A DNA stretch of 64,000 nt from a virus: IMG/VR virus record IMGVR_UViG_3300046660_000367, positions 1 through 64,000 of that record. One strand, 5' to 3'. A model generated the notes under the pieces. It was given only the letters and a program-made list of their open reading frames with translations, did no database searches and was not told the origin of the DNA. Shown here one piece after another: positions 23,001-27,730 of the stretch. Position 1 is the first letter of the stretch. Each line of letters starts with the position of its first letter. The translations under genes were made by a program, and so were the position numbers.

Positions 23001-24328
23001 CCGCCTCGCAGGACGCGGTGCGCGGCCACAACGACATGGGCAAGGTGCTTACCGGCGACGAGCTGCTTGCCTATGAGAACTGGATCAAGTCGGGGCTGGT
23101 CGATGTCACGCTGGCACACGACCTGACCAGCATCGCCGCCGGCAACGACAATGCGCTGCACGGCGCCATGGGCACGGCCATGAAATGGGCCTCGTTCATG
23201 TTCCACCACGCCGAGCGCTTCAACCGCCAGGCCACGGCGCTGGCAAGCTACCGGCTGGCGCGCGAGAAGGGCATGGACCACGACGCCGCCTACGCCGCCT
23301 CGGTGCAGGACACCTACGCGAGCCACTTCGATTACAGCTCAGGTAATCGTGCGCGTGTCATGCAGGGCGACGTGGCGCGCGTTGTGTTGTTGTTTAAACA
23401 GTACGCGCAGAACATGATCTACACCTTCGCCAGCAACGCGCTGCTGGCCATCAAGGGCGACCGCCAGGCCGCCAAGACCATCGCCGGCCTGTTGACGACC
23501 CACGCGCTGGCCGCTGGCGTGCTGGGCCTGCCGGTGGTGGGCATGCTGCTGGCCGCCGCTTCGATGATCGGCGGCTCGGACGACGATCCGTGGGACGCCG
23601 AGATCGCGCTGCGCAACCTGTTTGCCGACGCCTTCGGCGACAAGGCCGGCGAGGTGCTGGCACATGGCCTGTCGCGCCTGACGCCGTGGGACATTTCCGC
23701 GCGTGTCGGACTCAATTCGCTGCTGCTGCCGGACGTGCAGGAAGGGCTGGCCGGCGCACCCCTGGCCGAATCGTACTTGACCGGGTTGCTGGGCGCGGTG
23801 GCCGGCATGGCCGTGAATGCGTCCAAGGGCATCTATACCATTGCCCACAACGGCGACTGGCAGCGCGGGCTGGAGGAAATGATGCCGGCGTTCCTGCGCG
23901 GGCCACTGAAAACCCTGCGCTACGCCCAGGAGGGGATCAAGGACCGCACCGGCATCGAGCTGGTGCCGGAAACCACGTTCGCCGAGGAAGCCGGCCAGTT
24001 CCTCGGCTTCTCGCCGGGCCGCGGCCGTGAGGCGCAGGCGGGGAAAAGCGCGATCTACAAGACCGACAAGGCCTTGCAGCAGCGCCGCCAGCAGCTGATG
24101 AACGAATATGCGCACCACGTCATGCAGCAGGAAGACCCGACCAGCACCTTGCAGGCGATCCAGGCATTCAATGCGCTGCACCCGAGCCGCATGATCGCGC
24201 CGCTGCACTTGCAGCATAGCGTGCGCCTGCGCGTGCAGCATGTGGCGCAGGCCAAGGACGGCATTTTCTTGCCACGGTCGCGCAGCGATGCACGCGCCGC
24301 TGGCGCCTTCGCCGACGAAACCCCGTAA
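5069..24328 (+). CDS. 6419-aa DarB-like large polyvalent virion protein (degenerate SLT, C5-MTase-like, TGT-like, N6-MTase, SNF2 helicase, HExxH metallopeptidase, EExQSD domain, ART, PLxRFG C-terminal region)
   Basis: Motifs: LSLFDYTG/VPCTDF/LENPV (~9770-10350); VDTGAF/MPDVVG/VHVLGL/SADAN (~10630-11365); VLEPSMGIGNF and GNWPF (~14000-14220); HEVGTGKT, DEAH, QRNGRGWRQGN (~16050-17760); FHELYGH (~19160); FIEELQSDW (~20380); VYHGT...QIKSAIGNNG (~21300-21640); YFPLARFG (~22250). Confidence 0.92.
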   Translation: MPKNTDLGDFASIVPGAEPDLGEFATIVPKNRPSIIGSSIADLGRSLKTGVEQLPGMVTGLADIVPALATGTRPFTTAADWLGEQTGFQPGKWAKEQQFSPAYRQNQQEIQDAWKGVNAVSDDPHASNADYLRKLAADAPGIAAEYVKHPMYSLNQVTESLPSMIAGGAIGRAGVVAGRALPVAADAALGTAAKAAVPGYLERAVGNKVASEIAGGVGEGTVQAGQAMDQSEGSDQRKNAIAALGSGALDALIAGGAGHVAHKLGWETANTAMAQGFDHKLASGLSAAKRIAGGAASEGLLQEVPQSMQEQAWQNYADGKPLMQGVVQQGVEGGIAGAVMGAGANLRGGEAPPPPGGSTATPPANNPPGGSQGTPPATPPGPLTQAASLVPGARQQFPFGSIDLAQKQANSFTSDFGIPHQAVPHPSVPGKFAAVPVTVDGADALFVKEAERQGVDPAAAQLATHGDGGASLMTDLLAQHPELTAQQWSDPATRAQLAAAYLKQDIDALGEALGRAPTPAETYIGRQLGTTTAAELLNVPASERGMPVSSIISDPAVEDRLGLTGMPVGFVIDHLTQQADTTLATLKGNGNANLGTEVPAAGGATTGYDGGAAVGDAAGSGTVAGRPAAGTGAVAAGTPAAPGAAETGPDGAGAVAPRVQVGPTEDGFQNGNAQRHRDTADALGLTDTIERLFGDGLTVNQVVGQIQDKAPGVVPADLPNLVNGVRGTLGIPAPISPEGKGAFDAWRAEYKARGQQTKQQAAQQQDDLFPDVPDFPATPTPTGTTTSAESAAADTPATPDTQALPAWHDSPFAPRIHAMLDSLKEAGDTDMARSIEAGVEMDAKQGRLNEQNTAYREEKARIAVNTKAGEGKPPVPVAIAPETYDSLAGKINTIPALPRAIGEAAVARWNEIAPKLAALGFKDGEVDARHAPEARELQKQLKDISSALNGLAPRRYQVEREHKNVNPDAIEREENFATTVLGIDTRAHPGVNTDHRITLGQGVQTPTGTTTPAKEQIDLSDLIAQSTAAGTNDAGEALFENQRGTFRVRKDRKDQPDGYADFGGDLAPTAAAPADARLEYARTALHAHLGAAGELYQLDGVQHTKARQDVMSALMGTPVEKKEASVDALRAELYRRIGIVKGNALAKEMVFQQWYKDGGLVNVPQQGGHSEQYDNYRKAIEAGQASQGMAEQIAADERLNDGEDGELQDLIEAHAKGKSDAAHAAVVSDNGLGKPAKIDHARLTFAGASSGFTVSDDLKARVQQALRERPDAYKTGFYSQNNTRLKLPATKHTTNETGGQFQVKDDGSVMLLGDDGYGWYSTMSQKTVTRTLTDWLKNMGAESGKLDNGTAPEHARNEGKPLDPNNKFVPSDNGPVNELAPVDAGLVPLDMSVDEFASITNEFAALFAAPDTYVQTEKRVDPATVLHAPEPTPAGEGKWTMAPSKATLAALKEVENAPAQPLITMVEDTDARSTKEGKRHFRITANYTNRYDAAPMTQGAVMVGEQGEDNVSRDSGRVGTKQGLAGGVAEMKAMWLELESAILDQDKWIDHATEQAENSKLRQQNNQKIILSLFDYTGEWGQPWADAGYNVIPIDIQNGIDVHDLNAEYLYDEMGVEGDIHGMLIAVPCTDFAVAGAKHFAAKDADGRTESSKELVKASLSLVEELRPKFWALENPVSRIESLTGLPPARMSFNPNHFGHAYTKKTMLWGNFQTDLPLSPVDPVLGSKMHQKFGGSSQETKNARSETPRGFAAAFFMANNYADLTPEQRLTGDYPEASGAIATALKAGVPEDRVRELMEQTYENYDSEAARNALIKEVAALKEGTGDYAADEDADEDGPSALSASVPGTVDAPLKFHSGMSRPGDFSKLFAGHRNVGIEVGELSKVSVPKIAAAMANTNSHLFVDTGAFPIYQSNKLAFLDALKKQDFSDWKNEEMLSFDQILERYKSIQDAINEADDSGFAIERAYFVMPDVVGRQAESLALVGQYQGAINGFGDRAILPLQAGELTLTQAYESAMISLRKDPDHDFGPIVGIPSNKEAAPNDQLTDLLKKHGDRIAGVHVLGLFADTMLAPRLDAIRAAGFEGHVSADANRLRSLMYGTRTRGDAMDILLGQSAPESGAKNGGAPAPADTKPGLKKMQDAKAEKDAAKDAPAEAGQHSGTVGIDTLIERAEARLAEQRALQNAAVEDGNGNEWVYDKKIAAIEAQLADYQRARAELLAEDKPGLKKMQEAKAAKDAATLPETAAGQQGYRSALDGYRMSPPNNIRTNIDKAEWEKGWLAGEARRDALMEGAEPVVVGGRLASPTLNLQHELVWRDERSGKDYVSMDAARDGLTAADKQDKDFEAALPASEVVAVYHTKGGKLAMQIKRSMGRDGQPRYAYTGQYGAGSGHGEADMRTFVRQAKAAHPGMKLVSGQEFGEAAVPAAIDLDALLDDQLKAALSDLGDVLGDVFGGVKKMTGPQRTAGDLLPALSKVVELLIRKGLRSFQQAIGTAARAMRGNDKTAPFVDQITPRQWKAAYNAVAELHEGTDSEDSVNALSADEVTALTGVAPAASAERNEPAAPPASRRKAPGQARLRQDYGVKHIDGYTATDEFPHGPPGDIPSGGVKEAFRKDAMAYLKDIAGVLLDHGFTNFTNSSGKAMKAYSWNPGGPAVAGDAMLSMVHEGAGKGIYVNIAGDSMVGKPTASGVSVMMRVTTKENPTSSGMNLWPGADLSGQELADKIIKLVTGAPARTEKGDNQDNAKDDNGTRPEISNLGTPGIGEAGGEVAAGGRAGTRPAGPLGEKPAADDGAAGGNEGGAAAGPRPAGPGVSGIPAEPAGGNGADGRNGTGGTGLADAGTGVGGPAVGPARANYHIGDPEQLIGGTPKVRFAKNRAAIEAYRSITEEGRAPVKEDLDAMAAYIGWGSFGQELFKGTWERAAPKEGWASEDAWLRGHLGQQEWESAQRSIINAHYTDPVTVKTMWDMVRALGFTGGRVLEPSMGIGNFFAMMPLDLAEKSELTGIEMDTLSGGMAKELYPNANIQIKPYQDSKTVDGFYDLVIGNWPFAKDGPSDRRYMKLNPSLHDFFFLKALDQTRAGGLVVGITSAGTMDKKGRATRMEIAKKAELVAAFRLPAGAFEKYAGTFVTTDLIVLRKRAEPVAGSASWVELGETRVPAGETIEVNSYFLQHPDHVLGTLNFGRGLNGRPAMLVERPADLMARLAQLPGKMPPDTYSPAQGRKQVSYLTNNTADREGSVTLADGKLYVVRGERLMPLADVTSYQVKSKIETAAREAQIGKLIAMRNAYGALVTAERAADSNTEALRKDLHRQYLAFVKAYGSLEASDGMRILRNVKDPFYSALASLEIDGKPARILKEATLRGRKKLANPSVRDAFVMARNESMDVDLSTIAKLSNKTEAEVASELEGADAIFKTPAGNYEVADIYLSGNVRRKLREAQDAQANAPAGQVSADFARNIAALEKVLPKTVPYFKIEAKLGAPWIKAEHYQGYVARLLGLTRDEDKAAVEVRMVNGSWKVKFTDHSLNNRPEATTQWGTFHMAARLDRMLTAAMNNRSITVKYKDDDGNMQVDEAATKEVSEKLVKLREEFGNWVWKDAERRVWLEENYNEVMNAIATPNFDGSFLDFNGMTLRRGDDPFSLRQHQVDAIWRGLVNGRGLYAHEVGTGKTYTMAGLAVESRRYGLAKKPLIFAHNANSASVAKEFNDMYPAARVLYLDNLAPADLDVRMRQIANDDWDAVVVPHSLISRFALTAQTLNELAAEDIAAMEQEAMDAAEDDNVHLTLAMMDDEKEMKKVRSATAKDLVRARNKIIKSMQDMALKSSKEDAVSFEDLGVDMVIVDEAHEFKKPPVATKMKMRGLNTGTSNMSIALRFLTDYVKRENNGRGIHLFTGTPITNTLTELYNMMRYVMDDVMARDGIKDWDSWFNTFADSTTDVELTAAGEYEAVTRLASFVNTAELRRISGEFMDIVFADDMPEFKPRQTASGKILTDELTDVEREELLNGRSENPVGRPYKQIIVDVAPMGLEQKQMLDNFKRLAKEFKEASKQRRREIVQSGHPANPVLVETGAANAGMDPRLVDMNAKDEPNSKVNRVARNVAALYHEDARATQVVFLERGFTDEGTKTKSNGDGTKTVTKVRKFNLVKDMVAKMVAAGVKESEIAVVDGSVSKEKRKEIADAMNKSQIRVVIGLTKTLGVGVNMQENLRAMHHVDAPWMPGELEQRNGRGWRQGNKWNTVREYRYITERLDGRRWQVLAVKDRFIKLFLKADENTRIIDGDAVEMEEGDGGDLAATLSEAAGDPRVLVREKLKADIEKLENRERQHTYALTDAAEMMRRLAQANAGMTETLPKLQADSAQYEAGRGNFSATIGGEQYTERGAADEAIDAIIEGLDKNVGQRQIGTMHGFKLTLHRGIGGFYVDIRGQHQFEAWTPSVSSIESAMRKLAKTAAEYQQKIEDNKASIGRMAEMQKEPFGQAALLEKKRKMLADLIADLARNPEPAPAWLRHGAPANTAIYVNGQQRVVEGHKSDKDGYFIVTEEGDVPYLDATDAAGMPIYDPVDGDVRDERPPLDLTGTPAEPARLQRREDDRKRRESDPLFARAENDEAGAVAQNGKTPIISDTDFAAVIDRVKAAFAKRAGGALTVSIKPVRGMDDLPPALQEAARRQQLDLGKGVYFENTVYVVQQAHSTAEEVEKTIFHELYGHAATATLFGDEWVAKQNALLKAIGGGAGLYRIAAANQINLHAYADGLAADTTLTDAQRSASMMDELLAHMAGKKTVLRQKINEFIGAVRAWLRAHGFAKLAEYGNTDLAHLLAEGRRSLAAKATGKAGPAMPVFARDPDHAPVFYSTLTRQIDKTVTKSASPLHWAETIMGTSFAQQGVKQDEIQWSGVLDWLAMQQEAGVKKVDKAQLLDYLAENGVRVSETMQGEPAPASEEGLAQRKAVFDQYQPQIDALRQRAEDYKSPSREMDEARDEWAELIDERDRAANDAYTLPADDTSPGQYGQYQLPGGENYRELLLTLPQKEISTADFLTTDAKGEPFGVHATEAEARNAARTIGGTYEAGESISREAVKFQSAHWTGVGNVLAHVRFNDRIDADGQRVLFIEELQSDWQAAGKRQGFGVADVEKERDRLHAAGDPAWATVSISNASKIAPAPFVGKTEAWLSLAVKRMISYAAQNGYDKVAFVNGKQSVERYDLSKQVAQIRYVKRADGTYDVWAADESGRSLNDTVDKQGLKPEQVEEFVGKEVAEKIINGEGHNEDGDMVLSGLDLKVGGEGMKTFYDRIVPNVVNDVLKKLGGGKLGTVNVGIKDESPIPHWKTKQPGFDHSRMMMQPQPGFAISDALREKAQGGLPLFKRGEQRAPNGKASNLPAHLWQKVRTPEFKAWFGDWEKEPGKASQVVDENGEPRVVYHGTNADFTEFDKAKVRLQSLGGFWFAERNNYVGNLRSDREGFNQMPVFLNIRRPVDGSRYAMFRNGATSNEQVQRQFKMSGKDGVRLDNGSDSVWIALHPEQIKSAIGNNGQFNQGNPNILFSRSPADISRQVGSTIKALTLTRIKNKLIDYGRIALQFLGRQQLVEVYGNLFPQGTKDSLMVQYNKLAMQMDADKNDTSAQADTIATDWGKLKDHQALAELMHDATRLQIDPRKKYDLGDIRTNYTDLRARYEALSPGAKAIFNEASAAYEKHYAAVRAAVHDRIGRAMVGNPNRASMLARMDAEFFGKIKGIYFPLARFGDYMVQVNWRGANPNPAMGQAREAIHFAETMSEAQALRTELMKEYPPEKGYQVAQVTLRAEYNAARDSVGRGFLQQMFNMFKTTGMDPSLQDAINQLYLTSLPDLSWAKHGIHRKGTPGFSQDARRAFANHMFHGARYLAKLNYADQLAQALDDMQHYVNAHNQDAGYDAVKAQQVVDEMIKRHDIYMNPKNNKLSNLLTSTGYVFYLGLSPASAAVNLTQTALVAYPILGGRYGFGKAASALLAASQDAVRGHNDMGKVLTGDELLAYENWIKSGLVDVTLAHDLTSIAAGNDNALHGAMGTAMKWASFMFHHAERFNRQATALASYRLAREKGMDHDAAYAASVQDTYASHFDYSSGNRARVMQGDVARVVLLFKQYAQNMIYTFASNALLAIKGDRQAAKTIAGLLTTHALAAGVLGLPVVGMLLAAASMIGGSDDDPWDAEIALRNLFADAFGDKAGEVLAHGLSRLTPWDISARVGLNSLLLPDVQEGLAGAPLAESYLTGLLGAVAGMAVNASKGIYTIAHNGDWQRGLEEMMPAFLRGPLKTLRYAQEGIKDRTGIELVPETTFAEEAGQFLGFSPGRGREAQAGKSAIYKTDKALQQRRQQLMNEYAHHVMQQEDPTSTLQAIQAFNALHPSRMIAPLHLQHSVRLRVQHVAQAKDGIFLPRSRSDARAAGAFADETP
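6840..7034 (+). CDS. Nested +1-frame gene (64 aa) overprinted inside the giant ORF
   Basis: GAAGGGGA RBS at 6826-6833; the nested frame uses CTG/CCG/GCG/CAG codons while the host frame shifts to A/T-ending codons (GGA, ACT, GCT, CCT) and a G/A/T-rich linker over this interval. Confidence 0.72.
   Translation: MPTWEPKYLPLEAPLLDMMVAQLWVTQQEVELWLDDLLPEPALSQLEHRLHLARLKLDLTVPVQ
13314..13661 (+). CDS. Nested +1-frame gene (115 aa, TnpV-like helical protein) overprinted immediately before the N6-MTase domain
   Basis: AAGGA RBS at 13304-13308; GC3-rich codons in the nested frame while the host frame is a G/A/P-rich linker; HWARNRPQMMARLE...AEQDWLMLEPE resembles TnpV-like proteins. Confidence 0.8.
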   Translation: MELDLKFLTWVRRESAKLAEKWPLGGERERDLLAHWARNRPQMMARLEAMKVAPQLAHVLLDREYQAFQQNLRAGMGPTDATEQAEQDWLMLEPESEDQPLDLPEPITTSETPSS

Positions 24329-24351
24329 CCGGCTAACGCCGGTGTATCCCC

Positions 24352-24379
24352 GCCCCCGGTGATACGGGGGCTTTTTTTT
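24352..24379 (+). terminator. Rho-independent terminator after the giant gene
   Basis: GCCCCCG-gtgata-CGGGGGC followed by T8. Confidence 0.9.
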
Positions 24380-24398
24380 GCCCCAAGGAGGATCGTCA

Positions 24399-24710
24399 AT
24401 GCCCCATTCACCACAACAAGACCAACTTATCGACAGCGACCAGCGCATGGGCGTGCCGTTGCACTGGCTGCTGTCGTCGGCCGGCACGATCCTGGTGAGC
24501 TTGGCGGCAACGCTGTGGAACGTCGCCGGCCAGAGCAACAAACTCGACCAGCTCATTATCAGCAACGCCAAGCTGGAAAAGCGCCTGGACGACCGCGACG
24601 CCCGCATCGACGCGCTGCGCGACAAGCTGTTCAGCTACGAGCGCAGCATCGACAGCGTGCAGATGCGCCTGGATATGCTGGAACGTATGCGCACGGAACA
24701 ACGTAAATAA
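24399..24710 (+). CDS. Lysis-cassette membrane protein (1 TM plus coiled coil; holin/antiholin- or spanin-like)
   Basis: AAGGAGG RBS; hydrophobic LLSSAGTILVSLAATLW then a heptad-rich tail. Confidence 0.6.
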   Translation: MPHSPQQDQLIDSDQRMGVPLHWLLSSAGTILVSLAATLWNVAGQSNKLDQLIISNAKLEKRLDDRDARIDALRDKLFSYERSIDSVQMRLDMLERMRTEQRK

Positions 24711-24723
24711 CCGGAGAAATAGC

Positions 24724-25209
24724 ATGTTCCTAACCCTGTTAATGAGCTTGGGCGGAGGCCTGATGCGCCTGCTGCCGGAAGTGGTGGCCTTCTTCAACAA
24801 GAAGGCCGATAATTCGCACGAGCTGGCGATGCTGGACAAGCAGGCCGAACTGGAGAAGACCCGCTCGGCCATGCGCCAGCAGGAAATCGCCACGCAGGGC
24901 CAGGCCGACATGAACGTGGCCGAGCTGGCCGCGCTGTCGGAAGCGCTCAAGGGCCAGATGCAGGTCACCGGCAACAAGCTGGTTGACACGCTCAACTTCC
25001 TGGTGCGCCCGGCAACGACCTATTTCCTGCTGACCCTGTACGCGCTGTCGAAGGTGGCCATGTTCGTGCTGGCGGTGCAACATGGCGTGTCCGGCTGGGA
25101 CGCGATCGTCAAGGTGTATGACGAGGAAGACCGCGCGCTGCTGTCGGGCATCATCAGCTTCTGGTTCGTCGGCCGCACGCTGGACCGCCAGAACGGGCAT
25201 ATCAAGTGA
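24724..25209 (+). CDS. Holin-like protein (3TM GTA-holin-like)
   Basis: VRPATTY and FWFVGRT motifs, hydrophobic segments, GTGA overlap with the endolysin. Confidence 0.65.
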   Translation: MFLTLLMSLGGGLMRLLPEVVAFFNKKADNSHELAMLDKQAELEKTRSAMRQQEIATQGQADMNVAELAALSEALKGQMQVTGNKLVDTLNFLVRPATTYFLLTLYALSKVAMFVLAVQHGVSGWDAIVKVYDEEDRALLSGIISFWFVGRTLDRQNGHIK

Positions 25210-25643
25210 GCCTGGCGTTGGAACTGGCGCTGCGCCTGATTCGCACGTTCGAGGGCTGCCGGCTCAAGGCCTACCGCGACATGGTCGGTATTTGGACCAT
25301 CTGCTTCGGTTCGACCAAGGGGGTCACGGCTGGCATGGTCAAGACGCAGTCGCAATGCGACCTGCTGCTGGCGAGCGAGGCCGGTGGCTTCATGCTGCGC
25401 GTGCTGCAGCTGTGCCCCGAGCTGGCTCCGTACCCGCACCGGCTGGCGGCCGTCACGTCATTTGCATACAACTTGGGGCTGGGCGCCTTTACGGCCTCGA
25501 CCCTGCGTCGCAAGTGCCGCGCCAAACAGTGGCGCGCGGCCGGCGCGGAGTTCGCCAAGTGGAAGTTCGCCGGCGGGCGCGAGGTGCGCGGGCTGGTGAT
25601 CCGGCGCGCGCTGGAGCGTAAGGCGTTCGAGGGCGGCGGCTGA
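25206..25643 (+). CDS. Endolysin, GH24 phage lysozyme
   Basis: FEGCRLKAYRDMVGIWTICFGST (E-x8-D-x5-T triad), SFAYNLG, GLVIRRALE. Confidence 0.93.
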   Translation: MSLALELALRLIRTFEGCRLKAYRDMVGIWTICFGSTKGVTAGMVKTQSQCDLLLASEAGGFMLRVLQLCPELAPYPHRLAAVTSFAYNLGLGAFTASTLRRKCRAKQWRAAGAEFAKWKFAGGREVRGLVIRRALERKAFEGGG

Positions 25644-25663
25644 CGGCTGGGGTCGCCCAGCCG
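25644..25663. terminator. GC hairpin at the convergence of the late and leftward accessory transcripts
   Basis: CGGCTGGG-gtcg-CCCAGCCG perfect 8-bp stem; no clear U-tract. Confidence 0.5.
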
Positions 25664-25800
25664 GCCTATAATCACTCTATAATCGCTCTATAGTCTCCTA
25701 TAAAGTCCCGAGCAAGCATCTTAGGGCGGCTTCCGGCAGATGGCCGATGATGGCGCAGCGCCGCGCGCTGGAGCGCAAGACCTTCGAGGCCGAAGGGTGA

Positions 25801-26079
25801 TCAGAAGCTGGAAGGTTTCACCACAGCGCGCTTGAGCCACATCAGGCCGGTTTGCAGGTTGCGCTTGGCCTCGCTGACCGCTTCGCAGGCGGCGTAGGCG
25901 GTGTCCAGCTCTGGCGTGGTGCTGGCGTTAAAGCCGCCCAGCGCCTGGTAGTTGTCGTTGCATTCGGCGTCGATCTTGTCGTGCAGCGCGCGCAGCGTTT
26001 CGCCCACGGCATCGATCTCGGCAAAGATATTGGTTTTGGTGTGGTTGTTGTTCGGGTTTGCCTGGTGCTGGTTTTCCAT
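25801..26079 (-). CDS. Acb2/Tad1-like nucleotide-sponge homolog (divergent)
   Basis: N-terminal MENQH and C-terminal KRNLQTGLMWLKRAVVKPSSF match the Acb2 pattern (QTGxMxxxRAxxxPxSF). Confidence 0.7.
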   Translation of the reverse strand: MENQHQANPNNNHTKTNIFAEIDAVGETLRALHDKIDAECNDNYQALGGFNASTTPELDTAYAACEAVSEAKRNLQTGLMWLKRAVVKPSSF

Positions 26080-26139
26080 TGCTCTCTCCTGGTGGTGCCG
26101 CGCAGCTCCCGGCGCGGCGGCGGGTTGCTTACGTCACGC

Positions 26140-26505
26140 TCACAGCAGCGCGTGCTTAACGCTGCCGGTGTAGCGCAGGATTTCGCGCTCGACCTGTGGA
26201 TCGAGCAGCTTGGCCGGGCGCCGGCCGTGCGGGCAGGGCAGCTTTTCTACCGTGCCGAACAGGCGGCACACCAGCGGGCGTTCCTCGTACACCATGCAGC
26301 CGGTCGGCCCCTTGTGCGGGCAGGACAGGCCAGCGGCCGTGTAGCAGGCGGCGCGCGTGGCCTGGTCCAGCTTGGGCAGGCGTTTCAGTTCCCACTCGCT
26401 GGCCGGCACCGGGCCGCAGCAGTCAGTACACCCCGGCACGCACTCGAATGTCGGGATCGCGGTGCGGAACATGCGCACGATCTGGCCCTGTTTGGGCTTA
26501 CTCAC
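26140..26505 (-). CDS. YkgJ-family cysteine-cluster (Zn/Fe-S) protein
   Basis: FECVPGCTDCCG, CMVYEERPLVCRLFG. Confidence 0.85.
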   Translation of the reverse strand: MSKPKQGQIVRMFRTAIPTFECVPGCTDCCGPVPASEWELKRLPKLDQATRAACYTAAGLSCPHKGPTGCMVYEERPLVCRLFGTVEKLPCPHGRRPAKLLDPQVEREILRYTGSVKHALL

Positions 26506-26732
26506 GGCATCCTCCAGGCTTGTTCAATACCGCTATCCGACCCGGTAATAAGAGACTGCTGCTTGCCCTTGGTGACACACAACGCCATCATGATCTTGCC
26601 CGCCTCCAAAGGTAAGACGCCGACGAACTCCCACCGGCCACCACTGTTGTCCTTGAAGCTGACGACACCTTTCAGTGTCCCTTTGGGTGGGGTGCCCGGC
26701 TCGATAGATGCTTTGAATCTTTTCGCTCTCAT
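26502..26732 (-). CDS. Hypothetical protein
   Basis: Start/stop overlaps with both neighbours. Confidence 0.5.
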   Translation of the reverse strand: MRAKRFKASIEPGTPPKGTLKGVVSFKDNSGGRWEFVGVLPLEAGKIMMALCVTKGKQQSLITGSDSGIEQAWRMP

Positions 26733-27085
26733 GGCTGTCCTTCCGGGGATGGGGCGGCGGCTGGCACGCTGTCGCCAAATTCGTTTATGGTGTATCCATA
26801 AGGCGCATGGACATACGGTTCACCCGGCGCTGCGCACTGTGCCTGCTGCAGGCGCACCAGCTCCTGGTAAGCCGGAATCCGATCGACCGGCAGGTCCGGC
26901 CTCTCCCGCAGCAGCGCGCAGCGCGCCACCTGGTCGGCATGGTTAGCTTTCCAGTGGCGGGCGTTGGCCTCTGCCTGGCGCGCAGCCAACTTGGCCTCAT
27001 CGCGTTCGCGGCGCAGGATGGTCAGTTCTTCGTCGTAGGCGGCGATGATCAACATCACGACCTCGGCCACACTTTTGTCGTTCAT
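26729..27085 (-). CDS. Hypothetical coiled-coil protein
   Basis: AGGAGG RBS; ATGA overlap with the upstream gene. Confidence 0.6.
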   Translation of the reverse strand: MNDKSVAEVVMLIIAAYDEELTILRRERDEAKLAARQAEANARHWKANHADQVARCALLRERPDLPVDRIPAYQELVRLQQAQCAAPGEPYVHAPYGYTINEFGDSVPAAAPSPEGQP

Positions 27086-27441
27086 CTTGCCCATCCTCCT
27101 GTTTTCCATACCGGCACCTTGGCCGCTTCGGCTTTCGCCACCATGTCGGCCGTCCCGGTGCCGCCGGGGAAGGCGACCACCGCCTCGGGCCGGCCCTCGG
27201 ACAGCATCTGGCCATTGCGCAGCTTGCCGGCGATGGCCTGGCCATACTTGGCCCACTGCGCCTCAAACGTGCACAGCAGGACATTGTTGCGCTTGGCCCA
27301 GCTGCGCGCCAGCCGGTCGGCGCCGCGCGCACCGCCCTCGATCAACATCGTGATGCCATGCTTGCGGTGCACCGCGTCCAGCGCGTTGTCCACCGCGTCC
27401 TGGTCGGCGTAGTCGCGCCCGCCCGTCACCAGTATCCGCAT
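27082..27441 (-). CDS. YspA/DUF2493 SLOG-family protein
   Basis: MRILVTGGRDY, IEGGARGADRLA, RNGQML, AFPGGTGT. Confidence 0.9.
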   Translation of the reverse strand: MRILVTGGRDYADQDAVDNALDAVHRKHGITMLIEGGARGADRLARSWAKRNNVLLCTFEAQWAKYGQAIAGKLRNGQMLSEGRPEAVVAFPGGTGTADMVAKAEAAKVPVWKTGGWAR

Positions 27442-27728
27442 CAGGCGGCGCTCCTGGCCACGCCCATATCGCAATGGGTGGGGTCGGTGCGCAGCACCCG
27501 ACACAGGCACTGGTCTGACGAACAAAAGTCCTTCGAGGCCGCATACTCGCGCTCGACCCGCTCGATATCGCGCTGCACCTGCTTGCTGGCGTGACTGTCC
27601 GAGGGCGACATCGAGAACGTCACCTTGCGCCCGGAATGATGCAGCAGGACGTGGTGCTTGCTGTTCGGCGCCAGGGTCCAGCCGCGCGTGCAGGCGGCGC
27701 GCACCACGCGCTTGGTCTCCTTGTCCAT
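27441..27728 (-). CDS. HicA-like (dsRBD-fold) protein
   Basis: GWTL..NSKHHVLLHHSGRKVTFSMSPSD pattern. Confidence 0.6.
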   Translation of the reverse strand: MDKETKRVVRAACTRGWTLAPNSKHHVLLHHSGRKVTFSMSPSDSHASKQVQRDIERVEREYAASKDFCSSDQCLCRVLRTDPTHCDMGVARSAA

Positions 27729-27730
27729 GG

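Noticed and set aside
25600-25800. Endolysin end duplication as a DGR template/variable repeat pair
   Set aside because: Differences are not adenine-specific, the repeat is short, and no reverse transcriptase is in the window
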